Origin: Psammoneis japonica
Taxonomy: Eukaryota
NCBI GenBank assembly: GCA_008632985.1
Contig: QPGO01000039.1
Span: forward strand, 62,001 to 126,000
Length of the DNA: 64,000 nt
Direction: 5' to 3'
The notes under the pieces are model-generated. The model was not told the origin of the DNA. It was given only the letters and a program-made list of their open reading frames with translations, and did not search any database. Below are positions 1-12,404 of this stretch, piece after piece. The position numbers were made by a program, and so were the translations under genes. The number at the start of each line of letters is the position of its first letter. Position 1 is the stretch's first letter.

Positions 1-700
1 AACCAACAAAGTTGTTTGTGATGCAGGTGCAAAAGACAGCAAATGAAAAGTTTTGTTGACAATGATGACAAAGTGCTGTTTTCATGCATGCTGTCACAGC
101 TCTGCACAGGCAACATGGAGAAGCCAAGAGCAACCGCTCACTGTCAGGCATCAGAAATGACACCTTGCAGTCACTGCCTTCAAAGCAACAAACTCCAAAT
201 GCTGTTGACAACACTCCAATGAACAGCTGAGTGCTGGAAAAATTCAAAAGACTGCTTTTGCCATTTTCCAAGATAAAATGTGTGAGTTTTCTGAAATGGA
301 CCCTGGTGCTGACTGCCAGCCACTGTCTCAGTGTTGACCTCACAGTGTGCTCTCATCAAGACTTTGGGAGCAGCATGAGAGCCTTTCAACAGCTCAAGGA
401 CAACAACCAACACAGATGCTAAGAACAAATTACAGCTGCAAATGGCTGGATTTAATTAAAGAAGCACTGGAGCCAGCCGTTGGCTTGGAATGTCACAATT
501 TTTCGTTCTAAGGAGGAGGCGCTCATGAACAACATTGCATTGACCTTGCCCGTCAAGTCAGTGAAGAATGTGCCCACCCTTGTTCACTCAAAGACAGACA
601 GCAACAGGGGAGATGGTACAAAGACAAAAACAAGATTTCCAACACCACCTCACAATGACAAGAATGGCCACAAATCTCATTGAGTCACCATGCAGACAAG
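1..700. mobile_element. Decayed repeat block (CpG/TpA-eroded), family unresolved
   Basis: 0 TpA and 1 CpG in nt 1-240; no coherent ORF; composition returns to normal at about 700-780. Confidence 0.55.
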
Positions 701-959
701 AAGTTAACGGTCGTGACTTAATTTTTCAAATTTCAAATGATGTAAACTAACTACGACATGCCGAGTAATTTGTATTAATATTTAAAACATTAATTCATGT
801 GTGTTCGATGAAAAATTCGCACCAAGAAGGATGAGGGAAAAAAAGAAAAATCACATGATGTACCCTATGTCACTTTCTTCCTATCGTGCACTTGCATGCG
901 CCGCATTCCTTATCCTGTCATTCTGAGAAGCAAAGGAACGAGTCATCTGTATCTTTGTC

Positions 960-1442
960 ATGAAGATTCTTTTCCGTTTGTTGTTGTTGTTGTTGTTGTT
1001 TTCCTCTGCGGTCGGAGCAGGCGAACCGAAAAGCACACAGAAAGGAGGGAAAAAAAGCAGTGCTGTCGCGTCGTGCCCTACCGCATGCGACGATGAGTGT
1101 CCGGCCGCATGCGACGATGTGATTGAAGAAAAGCAGGTGACGTGCCGAGTGAAACAAAATGTTGGTCTAACTCTGGGCAGAACTGCCACCGTCGGATCGA
1201 GTGTGCAAACGCCTTTTGTAAAATGCGACTCGGACGAGGTCGTTGTTTCCTACTTTTGTTCGACAAACATCTTCAACAATGGGTGGGTTCCCATTGCGGC
1301 TGATACCTCATCACCAGCTGTTGGCATAAGCATACTCGACGCTGTGAGTTGCAAATTCCGTCGTGTGCTGGACGTGAACGATGGACAAGATGGGAGAGGG
1401 CAAGTTCGGGTTACTTGCTGCTCCGGAATCATTGGAATTTGA
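960..1442 (+). CDS. Small secreted Cys-rich protein (160 aa)
   Basis: ATG ORF; signal peptide MKILFRLLLLLLLFSSAVGA encoded partly by a (TTG)n tract; CPTACDDE/CPAACDD repeat; normal dinucleotide composition. Confidence 0.7.
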   Translation: MKILFRLLLLLLLFSSAVGAGEPKSTQKGGKKSSAVASCPTACDDECPAACDDVIEEKQVTCRVKQNVGLTLGRTATVGSSVQTPFVKCDSDEVVVSYFCSTNIFNNGWVPIAADTSSPAVGISILDAVSCKFRRVLDVNDGQDGRGQVRVTCCSGIIGI

Positions 1443-1494
1443 AGAAATCAACAAGTATCTACACACTACTTAAAATCTAATCTATGTGCTATAG

Positions 1495-2104
1495 AAGCCT
1501 ACGAGTTCTCTCTATTGAAGAGTGGGCGCTAGGAGTCGACTTTGTAGGGACGCCCGCTCCTATTGTATTTTCAACGCCCTTCTTACGCTACATGACCATG
1601 TATCCGTTGGTCAGTGTCGACAAAAAGTCCATGCTTTCCGTCTTGCAAACAGAGCACAAAAATGTTGGCGTCGTCCCGGATGGCATTGCTGGGATATTCC
1701 GCCAATCCCGTGATCGAGAGGTTGTAGCCCTGGCCGATCGCATGGGAATTGCCAAGTTGGCTTGTTCGTATGAAAACATTGCGATAATGCCAGCGTACTC
1801 GTTCAATAACACGGGTGTCTTCTCGTCGTGGTGGGATCCCTGGCACGTGATGGAACGCATCAGTCGCAAACTCAAGGCATCCATCTTTTTCTATTGGGGA
1901 CGGTTTTACCTGCCCATTCCTCATCGTGTTCCCATCGCCATGGTGTTTGGGGATCTAGTCGTGCCGCCTGAAACAACAACGAAACCGCCCACACAGGAAG
2001 AAATCGCAGCCGTTCACAAGCAACTGCTGGACTCGATTCGTGATTGCTATGAGAATTTCAAAGAGTCATTGGGGTTTAAAGATAAGGAGTTGCAATTTGT
2101 TTAG
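1495..2104 (+). CDS. DGAT2/MGAT-family acyltransferase, C-terminal exon only (5' part not seen)
   Basis: Motifs GVVPDGIAGIF, RMGIAKLA, PAYSF, WGRFYLPIPHRVPIAMVFG, VHKQLLDSI match the DAGAT family; HPHG region absent; branch/acceptor-like tctaa...atag ends at 1494. Confidence 0.7.
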
Positions 2105-2403
2105 CGGATCGAAACGCGGTTCAAACATTGCTCAGCCTTTTCTTCGACTCAAAGCTAATCGAAGGTGTACTGTATCGCACCGCATTCGCAAGCCCTTTTT
2201 TTGTTTTTCAGATTCAAGGTCATCCTCCATGATCACTGTAATAGACAATAAAGGTTTCTTCTAAATTATTCGCCTTTGTTTTACACCTATTGGAACATCA
2301 TATCGTTGATTTCGGTAGAGTTGCGCTCTCCCAAACAAGGAACAATGCAGAAAGTAACTGCAAGGACAGAGTGATGCATTCCATAAACATGAAATCTCCG
2401 CCA

Positions 2404-2494
2404 CTAGCTGGTGCCACATTGTCAGGAAGAAATCATAATAGCTATAATGGCAAATTCAATGATTTTCTTCCGTCATTCAGTAGGGACCAACCAA
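2404..2494 (-). promoter_or_regulatory. Eukaryotic SECIS element in the SPS2 3' UTR
   Basis: Minus-strand RNA: helix I UUGGUUGGU/ACCAGCUAG; core AUGAC (2476-2472) and UGAC (2424-2421); helix II GGAAGAAAAUCAU/AUGAUUUCUUCC; apical region with unpaired AA; about 65 nt after the stop. Confidence 0.88.
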
Positions 2495-2558
2495 CGTGTA
2501 TCTTTCAGCACGCTTTCAAGTTGAAAAAGCTTCTCTTCCTAGACACAAATTCCAATTT

Positions 2559-3695
2559 CTACACCTCTAGCACCTTCAAGTCGTCAGTTAAACACGCCTT
2601 TCGTTCGGGATTGTTAACGACCCTTCCAATAATCCAAGCAGGACTATCATCCAATTCTTGCAGCTTGCTACAAAAGGCCTCTGCAGTATCTTCAGGCATG
2701 CAAATTAGCAAACCACCCGAGGTCTCGGCGGAATACCCAGACACGAGTCGAAAGTTAAACACTTGGTCATTGACTTGTGGAGTCTTGGCAATGCACGGTA
2801 AGGTGTGAATCTCGATACCCACGTCCGCCACTTGATTCTCGGCAAGATTCTGAGCGTGACCCAGAATTCCAAACCCCGTGACATCGGTCGCCGCGTTGGC
2901 ACCGTAGTGTCGCATGAGACGGCCACCGTTGCGATTCAAACGAGCCATGCTGCACACCGCCTCGTGTATCATATTGTCCGCGTCCTCCTCTGTCAAAATG
3001 TCGAGACACTGCTTCCACTTTTTGTTGTTTTCACGTCGCCACTGGTAGACATTGACGGCAATTTGCGTTCCCAATGGCTTGGTCAAGACCAATACATCTC
3101 CGACTTTGGCACCATCCGATGGTACATACTCGTCTTTTGCAACCACTGAAGTTGCAACTCCACCTATAATTGGCCAGGGATTCAATACAGTCTGCCCACC
3201 CGTAACCGCCGTTTCTGCTTCAGAGCACGCGTCTCGAAATCCTCGGACCATTTCGGTTGTGCAAATGTTTCGTTCTTGTTCCGGCATTTCGTTCGACGCG
3301 GCCAAGAGCATGAGCACAAAATCACAAGTATCCACACCTTCGGCATACAAATCGGATAAGACATTGGCCGCACCAATCCGTCCCTGAAGATAGGGCGAAT
3401 GGACGAGTGGAAAGAAAAAGTCCGTGGTGGAAATCACATAATGTCCCTGTCGCGTTTCTCGAACGCTACAATCCAACGCAATGTGTCCGTCTCTTGTATG
3501 GAGATTGGACCCGTCCCCCAGATTTAATTCGGCAAGCATCAATTGCAAATCATCCTGGGGGATCTTACAGGCTCATCCCTTGAGCTTGCTCCAATCCGTG
3601 AGAGACCAATCGGCGGGGAGACCAATCGATGTGGGATCAAAATGAACCGTATCTGCCTTTGTAGGCTTGAATGGAGTAATTGTAGTAGTACTCAT
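2559..3695 (-). CDS. SPS2: Selenophosphate synthetase, Sec-containing (378 aa, Sec at codon 41)
   Basis: ATG at 3695 reads MSTTT...WSKLKG-TGA(3575-3573)-ACKIPQ in frame with ORF 2559-3548; motifs TTDFFFP, GRIGAANVLSDLYA, GGQTVLNPW, TDVTGFGILGH, SAETSGGLL. Confidence 0.95.
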
Positions 3696-4356
3696 AAGAT
3701 GTACTTTAACGCGTGTGGTAAAAGAGGACTGTTGCGTTGGGTAAATCGTCTCGATGGGGAATGCTGCAATTTGTTACGATGAGCTTCTGCAATGAGCACG
3801 ACCGCTTCCACCGTTACGTTTTGCGTCTTGCATGCGTGGCGCCTTGGATACTGTGATGATGAAAGAAAACATGCGTCACATTTTTTGGCGGGCAACGGAC
3901 AAACGTTCGTAGCGGTTATTTATTATTTCGGACGAAATCGCCTTCGGTCAAATGACCTAAAAGACTTTTTAGAAAATGTCCGATCCAAAGGTCATCACCG
4001 CCAATTTCACTCCACATTTTCAAAGTTTACTTCGATGTTGAAAGCACCCGAGAGATTTAAGACAAAGAGTCCAACTGCAATCGGAACCTCAACAACGAAC
4101 AATCATGCCGTTCGATGCTCCTGCCTTCATTCACGACAGCAGTCATCTGATCCAAGTTTTGGAAACGGCGATCAGAACTGCCACAGAAGGAGAAATGTAG
4201 GAGACGATTCATGTCCAACCGGTGTTCGTTACCTTTTCTCATATTTAGTCTAGGATTCATAACATTCAGTGCACTGCAATTGGTCGGGTTCGGCTTCAGC
4301 TGGCGCAGTGCTCTCTTGTCTTAAGAAAACGATGGTCGCATCGCAGCACCGCATCT

Positions 4357-6936
4357 TCAAGGATGTTCCTCGCACCGCACACTATGACCATTTCTTTCAG
4401 GTTCTCTTGCAACAAACTGTACAATCTCAAGAAGTCCATGCAGCTCTTCAAGAGATGCCTTGGCGTCGTTCCACTCCTCCCGGTCGATTTGAAAGCCGGA
4501 GAGCATTCTTGTGTTCAACCGCGTCATTACAGTGGTGTGACTGACGACTCTTGTCGTGAGTTCACTCGGTGGCGATTCTCCATCTACAACAGTGAGAACT
4601 GGCCGGTGTGGCCGGTCGTCAAGGACTTCTGCATCTGAGACCCGTGACACATCCGAAGTAACTTTGATGGAATTCTCATCAAAGGAAACAATCCGGCCTT
4701 CTCGCGTTTTCTTTGGAAGCGGGCAGGTCAACTCAGATGCTTCAGAGACTCTCCCTTTGGGAGTGTCTGGCTGTTCATTGGATAAGGACTGTCGAACTGC
4801 TCTTCGATGATCATCAAGTATCCGGCTTATAATAACTTTCTCCCCTCGCCAGATAAGTCGAAGTTTGGGAAGAACAAGCCGCACAGAGAGAATTGACGCG
4901 ATGTATACAACAACAAAGACCTGCACGATGTACGGAACATCGGGATATGCCGTGGGGTCCTGGGAAACGAGCACCACCGCAATCCCCAGTGACGCAACAA
5001 AAAAGGACGAGACAAGAGCAAAGGACACAGTCTCGGCTTCGTTAAAAAATGCCGGAAGTCGCCGCGATCGTTGCGCCTGCACCAAGGCAAGAAATATCGT
5101 GATGAAAATAACGCCAATGCTTGCCAAACGAAAGAGTTGATCCTCGTTACTCCCGCATTCAAACCGACCGATTGATTCTTCATCGTTCATATGTAGCGTC
5201 AGATTGGGAGTAAATACAGTCAATCCGATAATTTCCAATACAGCAACGGGAAGCGTAAGGAGGACGACCAGTACCCACAAGTGACCAGCCGTAAATTTCT
5301 GACGAAGCTTGGGAGTGCGTATCGGAGACCAGGAAAACCTTCGAGTGCGATGATTCCCCCGATCTATGTCGTTAGACTCTTCACTGTTGCTGCTGGTGCC
5401 ATTCATGTCTCCAGAAGATGATCGAGAAGTCCCTGAAGATTGCCCAATCATAAAAGTGTGCCTCCAAGTTTTCAACCCTGCCCTGACATTGCGTGAATCT
5501 TGAGGACTATCCCAGCTCATCAGTGGTTCCATGACGCGTAGCGTACGAACAAGTCTTCCGACCACAATTGCTAACATTACTTGCAAAGGGATCAGCGTCA
5601 TTGGGCTTTGAAGAAAGCAGTAAGCATCGGATTCTGGGGCGTATAGAAAGCTGCAAACTGTAGCAACAAAGCCCGAAGCCTGCAAAACGATCAAGAAAAC
5701 TCCCTGAGACAACGTCATGACTGCTTCATTTCTATAATGAATTGTAGAGACAATCAATGCAAGCTGGACAGCACCGGCAACGCCCAGCACGAAATAAGAG
5801 AGAATCTTTACCGACGTTTGGACGGAACGAATATCCGGCATTTTGTAGTACGAAACTGCTCTCTGGTGCAAAAGATTTGCAACATCAAATTTGAAGCTAG
5901 CATCAGAGTCAATTCCTGCCGCATGCCCATGGATCGTGTCATTTGTGAGGAAGAACTGCATGGTAGCCAGAGGTATATATTCCCCCGGGGTCTCGATTTC
6001 AATGTCCACATCAACATGAAACTCAAACACTGTCTCGTTCACATCCTCAACAGGTATCCGAAATAGTGGAGACCTACGTGTACTTGTCACGACATCATCA
6101 CTAGAGCCGTGCACATCATGGCTATGATGACTTTCGTGCTCTTCATCACTTGCGTTTCCACCTTCATCGCTTTCATGCTCTTTATCGTTCAACAAAGCTC
6201 GACGAAACCTTCCGCTATCATGCGTTTCATCGTGGTCCTCCTCCTCGTGGCCTTCGTGGTCCTCCTCACTGTGCTCTTCTTCGTCGTGACTATCGCGATC
6301 GTGATCTTCATCATGACTATCGTGATCGTGACCTTCGTCGTGCACAGAACCATCAACTTCCTCTCCTTCAAGAAACGGGGAACACAGCCCCGAGACGGGA
6401 CAAAATTTAATTCGCATCCCAACCTCTTTCAGACCATTGGCGGAATGAAAAAATGCATTCTCAGAGAGCTCGTACTGTTTGCGAATTTCTTCGAGGTCAA
6501 TTTTCCCAGTGACATGGAAGGTATAGAGACGATGAGTCCTCATTCTGAAGCTTCCAGCGACTTGCTCCCGAAGAATGTCTGCGTGAATCTCAGTCCCGTT
6601 GGGGCAGGAACTCAGCATGGTTGTTGGTCCAGCCACGAACTCGGGAAGGAGTTGAGAATTCCAATTCTTTCCAGAAAAAGTTTCAATAATGAATTCTTGT
6701 TCCTCTTCGTGTTCGTGGTGTTCTTCCTCATGGTGTTCTTCCTCGTGTTCTTCGACCGCGCTGTGATTGTGATACGAAGGCGCTGACCAGCAAATGGCGT
6801 CAGATCCGTCGATATTGTCATAGCCTGATTCTGTGTATATCATACCCGGAATGCGAGCCTGTACTTGCACCACCACACCGGTAAGAGATCCCACAACGAG
6901 CAGCCAAACCAGGATCTTGCGGGATAATATCGTCAT
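4357..6936 (-). CDS. Class C (7tm_3-like) GPCR with His/Glu/Asp-rich ectodomain, 859 aa
   Basis: Signal peptide, seven hydrophobic segments, LPAFFNEA motif typical of class C receptors, Cys before TM3 and in ECL2; single open frame. Confidence 0.8.
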   Translation of the reverse strand: MTILSRKILVWLLVVGSLTGVVVQVQARIPGMIYTESGYDNIDGSDAICWSAPSYHNHSAVEEHEEEHHEEEHHEHEEEQEFIIETFSGKNWNSQLLPEFVAGPTTMLSSCPNGTEIHADILREQVAGSFRMRTHRLYTFHVTGKIDLEEIRKQYELSENAFFHSANGLKEVGMRIKFCPVSGLCSPFLEGEEVDGSVHDEGHDHDSHDEDHDRDSHDEEEHSEEDHEGHEEEDHDETHDSGRFRRALLNDKEHESDEGGNASDEEHESHHSHDVHGSSDDVVTSTRRSPLFRIPVEDVNETVFEFHVDVDIEIETPGEYIPLATMQFFLTNDTIHGHAAGIDSDASFKFDVANLLHQRAVSYYKMPDIRSVQTSVKILSYFVLGVAGAVQLALIVSTIHYRNEAVMTLSQGVFLIVLQASGFVATVCSFLYAPESDAYCFLQSPMTLIPLQVMLAIVVGRLVRTLRVMEPLMSWDSPQDSRNVRAGLKTWRHTFMIGQSSGTSRSSSGDMNGTSSNSEESNDIDRGNHRTRRFSWSPIRTPKLRQKFTAGHLWVLVVLLTLPVAVLEIIGLTVFTPNLTLHMNDEESIGRFECGSNEDQLFRLASIGVIFITIFLALVQAQRSRRLPAFFNEAETVSFALVSSFFVASLGIAVVLVSQDPTAYPDVPYIVQVFVVVYIASILSVRLVLPKLRLIWRGEKVIISRILDDHRRAVRQSLSNEQPDTPKGRVSEASELTCPLPKKTREGRIVSFDENSIKVTSDVSRVSDAEVLDDRPHRPVLTVVDGESPPSELTTRVVSHTTVMTRLNTRMLSGFQIDREEWNDAKASLEELHGLLEIVQFVAREPERNGHSVRCEEHP

Positions 6937-8299
6937 CCTCCGTAATTTATTATTTGCAAGAATGATTCAGCGGTTTTATCTCAGGCGGCCAAACGACACC
7001 AGATTGATAGTTTAGTGTGCAACCTATATGCGCTACTGGTAAAACTATACTCTAGTAGAGTTGCGTCGTTGGCATCCATCAATAATGTGTTCAATATAAT
7101 GTTGTGGAAATTGGAAATGATGTGGAATGTGGACCGGCGTGTCTGTTGCCTGCTGCCTGCTGCCTGCTGCGGCTCACCGCTCACCGCGCCGTGCGGCACT
7201 TTTTTTTTTTTTTTTGCATGGCTGCCTTGCCTTATCTTCTTTTGTGCGAAGGGTCATTGAGGGGATTTATGAAAAGTCATCATGTGTGTCAGTGAGTGTC
7301 ATAATGTCGAACAAGTGATGTTCACAAAACAGTTGTTGGATCGTGTCAAAAAACAAACGACGTGGCTTGGCAAAGAGACTTTGAAAAAGAGGAGAGCCAT
7401 TAGAAGTGGAGACAACATGAGAGTTCCAGGAAATGCAAGCCAACTCCATGTTCTTCTGGCTGGTGGAGCAAGCTTCTTCTGGCTTCACTCTCTTGTTGAC
7501 AAAGTGGGCGTCACACTGCCAGGCTCCCGCGCTGCCAAAAACAGCCTTTTTTGCCTTTCCAGCTGCTTGGCCTTTTGACCAGCAGCAACAACTGCCATTG
7601 TTGGAGGGGCACCTGGCTTGAGGGGTGCCATGTGTGACCCAGAAATGAAGCCACGTGTGTTTTGAGTCCCTGGCGTGGCTGGCTGAAGAATGTTCTTTGG
7701 AGGGCCCCCCATTGTCGATCTCAAACTTGCCAACTTTTTGTGCTCACTCTTTGGAGTGAATCATCTGGTTCACCAAGAACAACAAGTGGTGTCCATTGAC
7801 ACCCAACAATCTGTTTGGCATGCGCACGATGTTTGGCGTGAAGGCAAAACACAGCAGGTGCAGAGACCAGGGCAAGTGTGGCGAGCAACACAAAAAGCTC
7901 AACAGGGCTTGCTTTTGGTGACATGGACTTGCCATTTTAATGTTCACTTCAAAAAGTCATTTGCACTTGTTGAGTGGTGCACGCCAGCTTGTCAGAAGAT
8001 CATGAAATCATCGACACCTGCACTGTGAGTGGCAGAAGATGCGGGAGGCAACAAGGGAAATGCCGTGACCAGCACGAGGGTTGTGGTGGAAGAGGTGACA
8101 AAAGCCATGCCAAGAGCAAGAAATCCTTCCAACATGAGATGAAATTTCATCCTTCAACCGTGAACAACAATGCACGCAATGCGACACACAAAGACGTCAA
8201 CAGGAGGATCTGCAGATGCACACAAAAGGAACTTGAACAGGGCAAATGCATGACAAGGTCCCTGGAGAACATGAAGTGCCTTGACTTTAAGGCCAAAAA

Positions 8300-9250
8300 G
8301 CCTGTGCTGAGACTGCCAGCAACTGCACCCAAACAAGGGTCAGCCACATGCAGTGCTGACATGCAAACCAACAAGGAGCATGAGGACAAGCAGCTGGAAT
8401 GTGAGCACCATGCCGAGTGCCAGGACTGCCGTGCAAAACTGAAAAGCAGTTCAACAAGAACAGATCAAATGCACTTGCCATGATTGTGAATGGCTGCTGC
8501 ATGAACCACATGAGGAACAGGGTCCCAGGTGACCCAAGCTGTGACAGCACTGGAGATGATCCATTCGAGTCATTGAGACTTGTCCATTCTCTGACACTTG
8601 ATCGCCCAGCCAGAGGTTGACATCCATTCCGTGCATCGACAATGTCTCTGAAGAACACACTGCAGGTCTGGCAACAAGAAAATGGGTCCATTGCAGATTT
8701 CCCATCAAGATTCAAGAACCAGCAAGATTCCACCTGAGAGATGGTCTGGGCAATGAGATGCTTGACAGGTTCACTCAGAACACCAAGGAGCACAAGGAAA
8801 GCAGCAGTGCTGGCAAGCAGGCCAAGCTGAAGAAAACAGCATTTGATGCCTGAACAACCCACCTGTTCATTGAGAACAGTGACAACCATTGCTGCAAGAT
8901 GCTGAAGAAGAGCTTTGTGATGTGCTGCAGTTTGAGAAACAGCATGTGCCTGAAGGACCCCGACAGAGCAATGGATGTCATCTTGCTCAATCATGAGTGG
9001 GATGACAAGCAGAAGCAAGTCAACCTGAAGAACCCTGACTGTCAAGATGATGAGAATGGGAGGGACAAGAATGGCAACAAGACCAAGAGCCAAAGCCACA
9101 CCCAGAAGACCAGCACCAAAGGCAAGATGACACACTCCACTGTTGTGGCAAAGAGGACCACAATTTCCCGGATTGTTGCCCTGACACACAGGATCCACAG
9201 CATGCAGAGAAGGGCCCGGCATCTTTGGAAGGTCTCACTGCTGCAGCGTT
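8300..9250 (+). mobile_element. Ty1/copia (CoDi-type) gag remnant with zinc knuckle
   Basis: EMLDRFTQNTKEH...KLKKTAFDA*TTHLFIENSD...AMDVILLNHEWD and HCCGKEDHNFPDC (about 9135-9180); stops and frameshifts. Confidence 0.7.
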
Positions 9251-11039
9251 GTTCAGAGTTGGAAGATTTGCCTGTCATGATGGATGATGAGGTGGACGGA
9301 GCCACAGGTGAGGATGGGGACACTGCTGCAGCAAGGCAGTCAGTGAGAGTTTTGAGGACCGCAGCGAGTTTGTCAGTCACAGAGGGAGAGATGTCAAGAT
9401 TGGGTCTGGCAACGGTGCGCCCGTGGTGGCCGAGGGTGTTGTCCGAGGGGCAGAAGATGCCTTGAAAGAGTGCAGGTCCTTCTCAACACTTTCTGCAGCC
9501 CGTCAGGCAGCCTCAGAGACCATGTGAACCGTCTTGAGACATGTCTCGTGGTCTTGGATGGAGCTGGTGTGCGCTGTCATTTGTGCATCGACACCATCAC
9601 AGCAGGATTTAAGAGTGTTGGCTGGCTGGTCCTGTGTGATGAGTTTTGTTGCATCTGGAGTCTGGAGGTGCGGGGGTGGAGGAGAGGAAACAACATTTTC
9701 ACAATCGTCAAGGATGCCCGTCATGGTGGCAGCCACAGAAAGACCATTCTTGACAGCATTCTCCATGTCAGCTTTCATGGAATCCAGTGCAGCAAGCAGC
9801 AGATCAAGGTCATCCGTGTGTCACTTGATGTCGCCTTCCACCTGATTTTGGAAATCAGTCCTGGCAGAGCTGGCGAGTTCACCAACAGCATGGGCAGATT
9901 CAGATGAAGTGGATTCCAGCAGTTCAACATCAGACGCAGTGACCACAGTGAGGCGTTGTTCTTCAGTCTGAGACACAGTCTTGAGGCACTGGAGAACAGC
10001 AGCCCTGGCACCCTCAACCAGCGCTTCTGCATCAGACAGGTGAGGGCAAGGTGCTTGTCAAGCCATTGCACAAATTGCTTGTCACCAGCTGCCACTGCAG
10101 TGTCAGCAGCATCTCCTGCAAGAGCAACAGCCTCTTGCTTGGTGGCTTGCAGTTGTCTCTCAACAGATGTTTGGAAGGTGTCCATCACTTGTGCAGCAGC
10201 AACACTGGCCACATCAGCATGAGTCTGTTCAATCACAGACCAAAGAGAAGCAAGTTCTTGGTGGAAGGATGCAACAGTGGCCTGCACCTCTGCAAGAGAG
10301 TCACTGTGCTCTTTGTTCAGTGCTGCAGAGTCCAACAACTGTGTTTGAAACTGCCGGATGAGGTCAGCAGGAGAAACCAGAGGTGAGTGTGGCCAGTTGT
10401 GGTCCAGAGGTGGAGGCAAACGAGGCGGAGGAGAGCGCGCCAATGTGCCAGCAGGCAGAGCAGCAACAGTGGGTGGCGTGGGCGGTGGTTGGGGAGATGC
10501 AACGACAGGGGCATCAGCCAAGGGATCGGTGGCAGTGGATGTGCAGATGCCATCACGGACCGCTGCCATGATGGATGTGCCAACTGATGGAGCAGCTGTG
10601 ATGGGTGGGGCAGTGGCATCCGGCGCTGTTGATGGTGACACCACCACTTGAAGAGATGAGATGTGTTCCCACCAAGACATTGCCATCTTGGAGTGGGTGC
10701 TGTTTGCTTGTGCCATCACAATTCAGTGATCGGGGAGCGGTGGCACACATGAGCTGTTGGTGTCAGCACTTTTGTGTGCGAGAGCACACAAGCAGAGATG
10801 ACACCAAGAGCTGCAGCAACAGCAGTGGATGCAAATGACAATGGCACAAGATTTGTCAGCTTGCGGCAGAGATGTTGCAGCCACAAAAATGAGAAAGAGC
10901 ACGTGTGAAACGGTCTCTTTGTCATTGTCAACGAGGTTGTCAAAGAGTGTTTTTTGAGTGTCGTTGGTCGGCAGAGGGGCCCCGCTTGTGCCAAGCACAA
11001 GTGTTGTGCTCACAACCTGACAAAGATCCCAATCTAACA

Positions 11040-12404
11040 AGTGAGAATGACACACAGCCACTGAGACATGTCAAAGCAGGCAAAAAAATGGCCCAGGCCC
11101 AGGGAGGTGTCAAAGATTTTAAATTCACAGGAAAATGTGGAGACAATCTTCATGATGCTGATTGGACTGCGGGAGTGGAACATGAGGACAACAACAATGA
11201 CTGTGATGACAACAATGAAAATGATGACAAAGAAAGCAAAAACAGCAATGGCAAAGACTGCGTGATGAGATGGACTCAGACAATGAATGCAAAGAAGTCA
11301 ATGACATCCCAGCTGGTGTGAAGTTCAGTCCTGACCAGCACAACAAAGAGACAGAGTCCATTGATGAGAATCCCGACTGTCACAAAGGAGATGATCACAA
11401 AGATGTTGATGGCATGCAAGACAAAAACAGGCTGAACAAAGATGTCAAGGGAGCCAAAGAAAGAACAGAGGAAAAAGCCAGAGCCACAACTGGCAGGACC
11501 ACAAGGTCCAGGAAGTCCTTTGCACAAAGGCACAAGAAGCATGAGAAAATGGCACAGTTTGCAGGAGTGGCTGGTGCTGAAGAAGAGCAAGAAGAGATTG
11601 CTGAAATCAAGCACTGCCATCACTTGCAAACAATGCAGGTCAAAACCAAGAGCATGACATTGAATGCAGTTCTGAATTGGTGATGGCACTGGTGCAGTTT
11701 GTGTGCAAAACAAATGACAGATTCCATTCAACTGGAAAGGGCATTTTGTTTGCCCAACAGTGCCCACCACACAAAGGCCTAAAAGCAGTTGGACAGAAGG
11801 GGCACAATGCCTCCAAGAAGGAGACAGGACAACTCCACAACAGGGTGTGCTTTGCACCAACATCTGTCAAAGACAAGACTCCAAGTGAGAGGGCAAAAAC
11901 CATTTTCCTTGTGGAGAAATGAGATGGTCAGATTGAAGGATGAATGGTGTGCAACAGGAAACTGACCAGAGAGTGGCTGGACAAAGATGAGTCAGCCACC
12001 AGTCCAGTGGCATCATCAGAAGGAATGTTCATGACTGCCATTGTTGATGCTGAGAAAGGATGCAACATCACAAGTGCTGACACACCCAGTGCATTCATTC
12101 AAACTCAGGCTCCAAAAGTTGAGGAAGGAAAGGATTGGATCATGATGAAGATTGCAGGAGCACCAGTTGACATGCTCATCAGCATCAATCCCAACCTTTG
12201 TGGACCATGCATGGTCCTGGAAAAGGGCAAAAGAGTCCTTTGCTCACAAGTGGTTGGAGCAACATGTGGGGCATGTTGGTTGCAGTGCCACTGTGGTGCA
12301 AGCAGCTCTGCAAGAACTTGGAAAAGATTGGGTTTGTGTCAAACCCATGTGACCCATGCATTGCCAATTGTGCTGTCAATGGCAATCAGCACACAGTCAG
12401 ATGA
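11040..12404 (+). mobile_element. Ty1/copia (CoDi-type) pol remnant (post-integrase linker and reverse transcriptase)
   Basis: LHDADWTAGVE; FLVEK*DGQIEG*MVCN; SPVASSEGMFMTAIVDA; ADTPSAFIQ; GMLVAVPLWCK; GFVSNPCDPCIAN...QHTVR. Confidence 0.9.

Noticed and set aside
6109..6786. 225-aa very hydrophobic plus-strand ORF
   Set aside because: Antisense shadow of the His/Asp/Glu tracts of the GPCR.
9250..10800. 314-aa minus-strand Pro-rich/coiled-coil ORF
   Set aside because: Inside an eroded nest and interrupting a copia; probably a TE remnant, family not assignable by eye.
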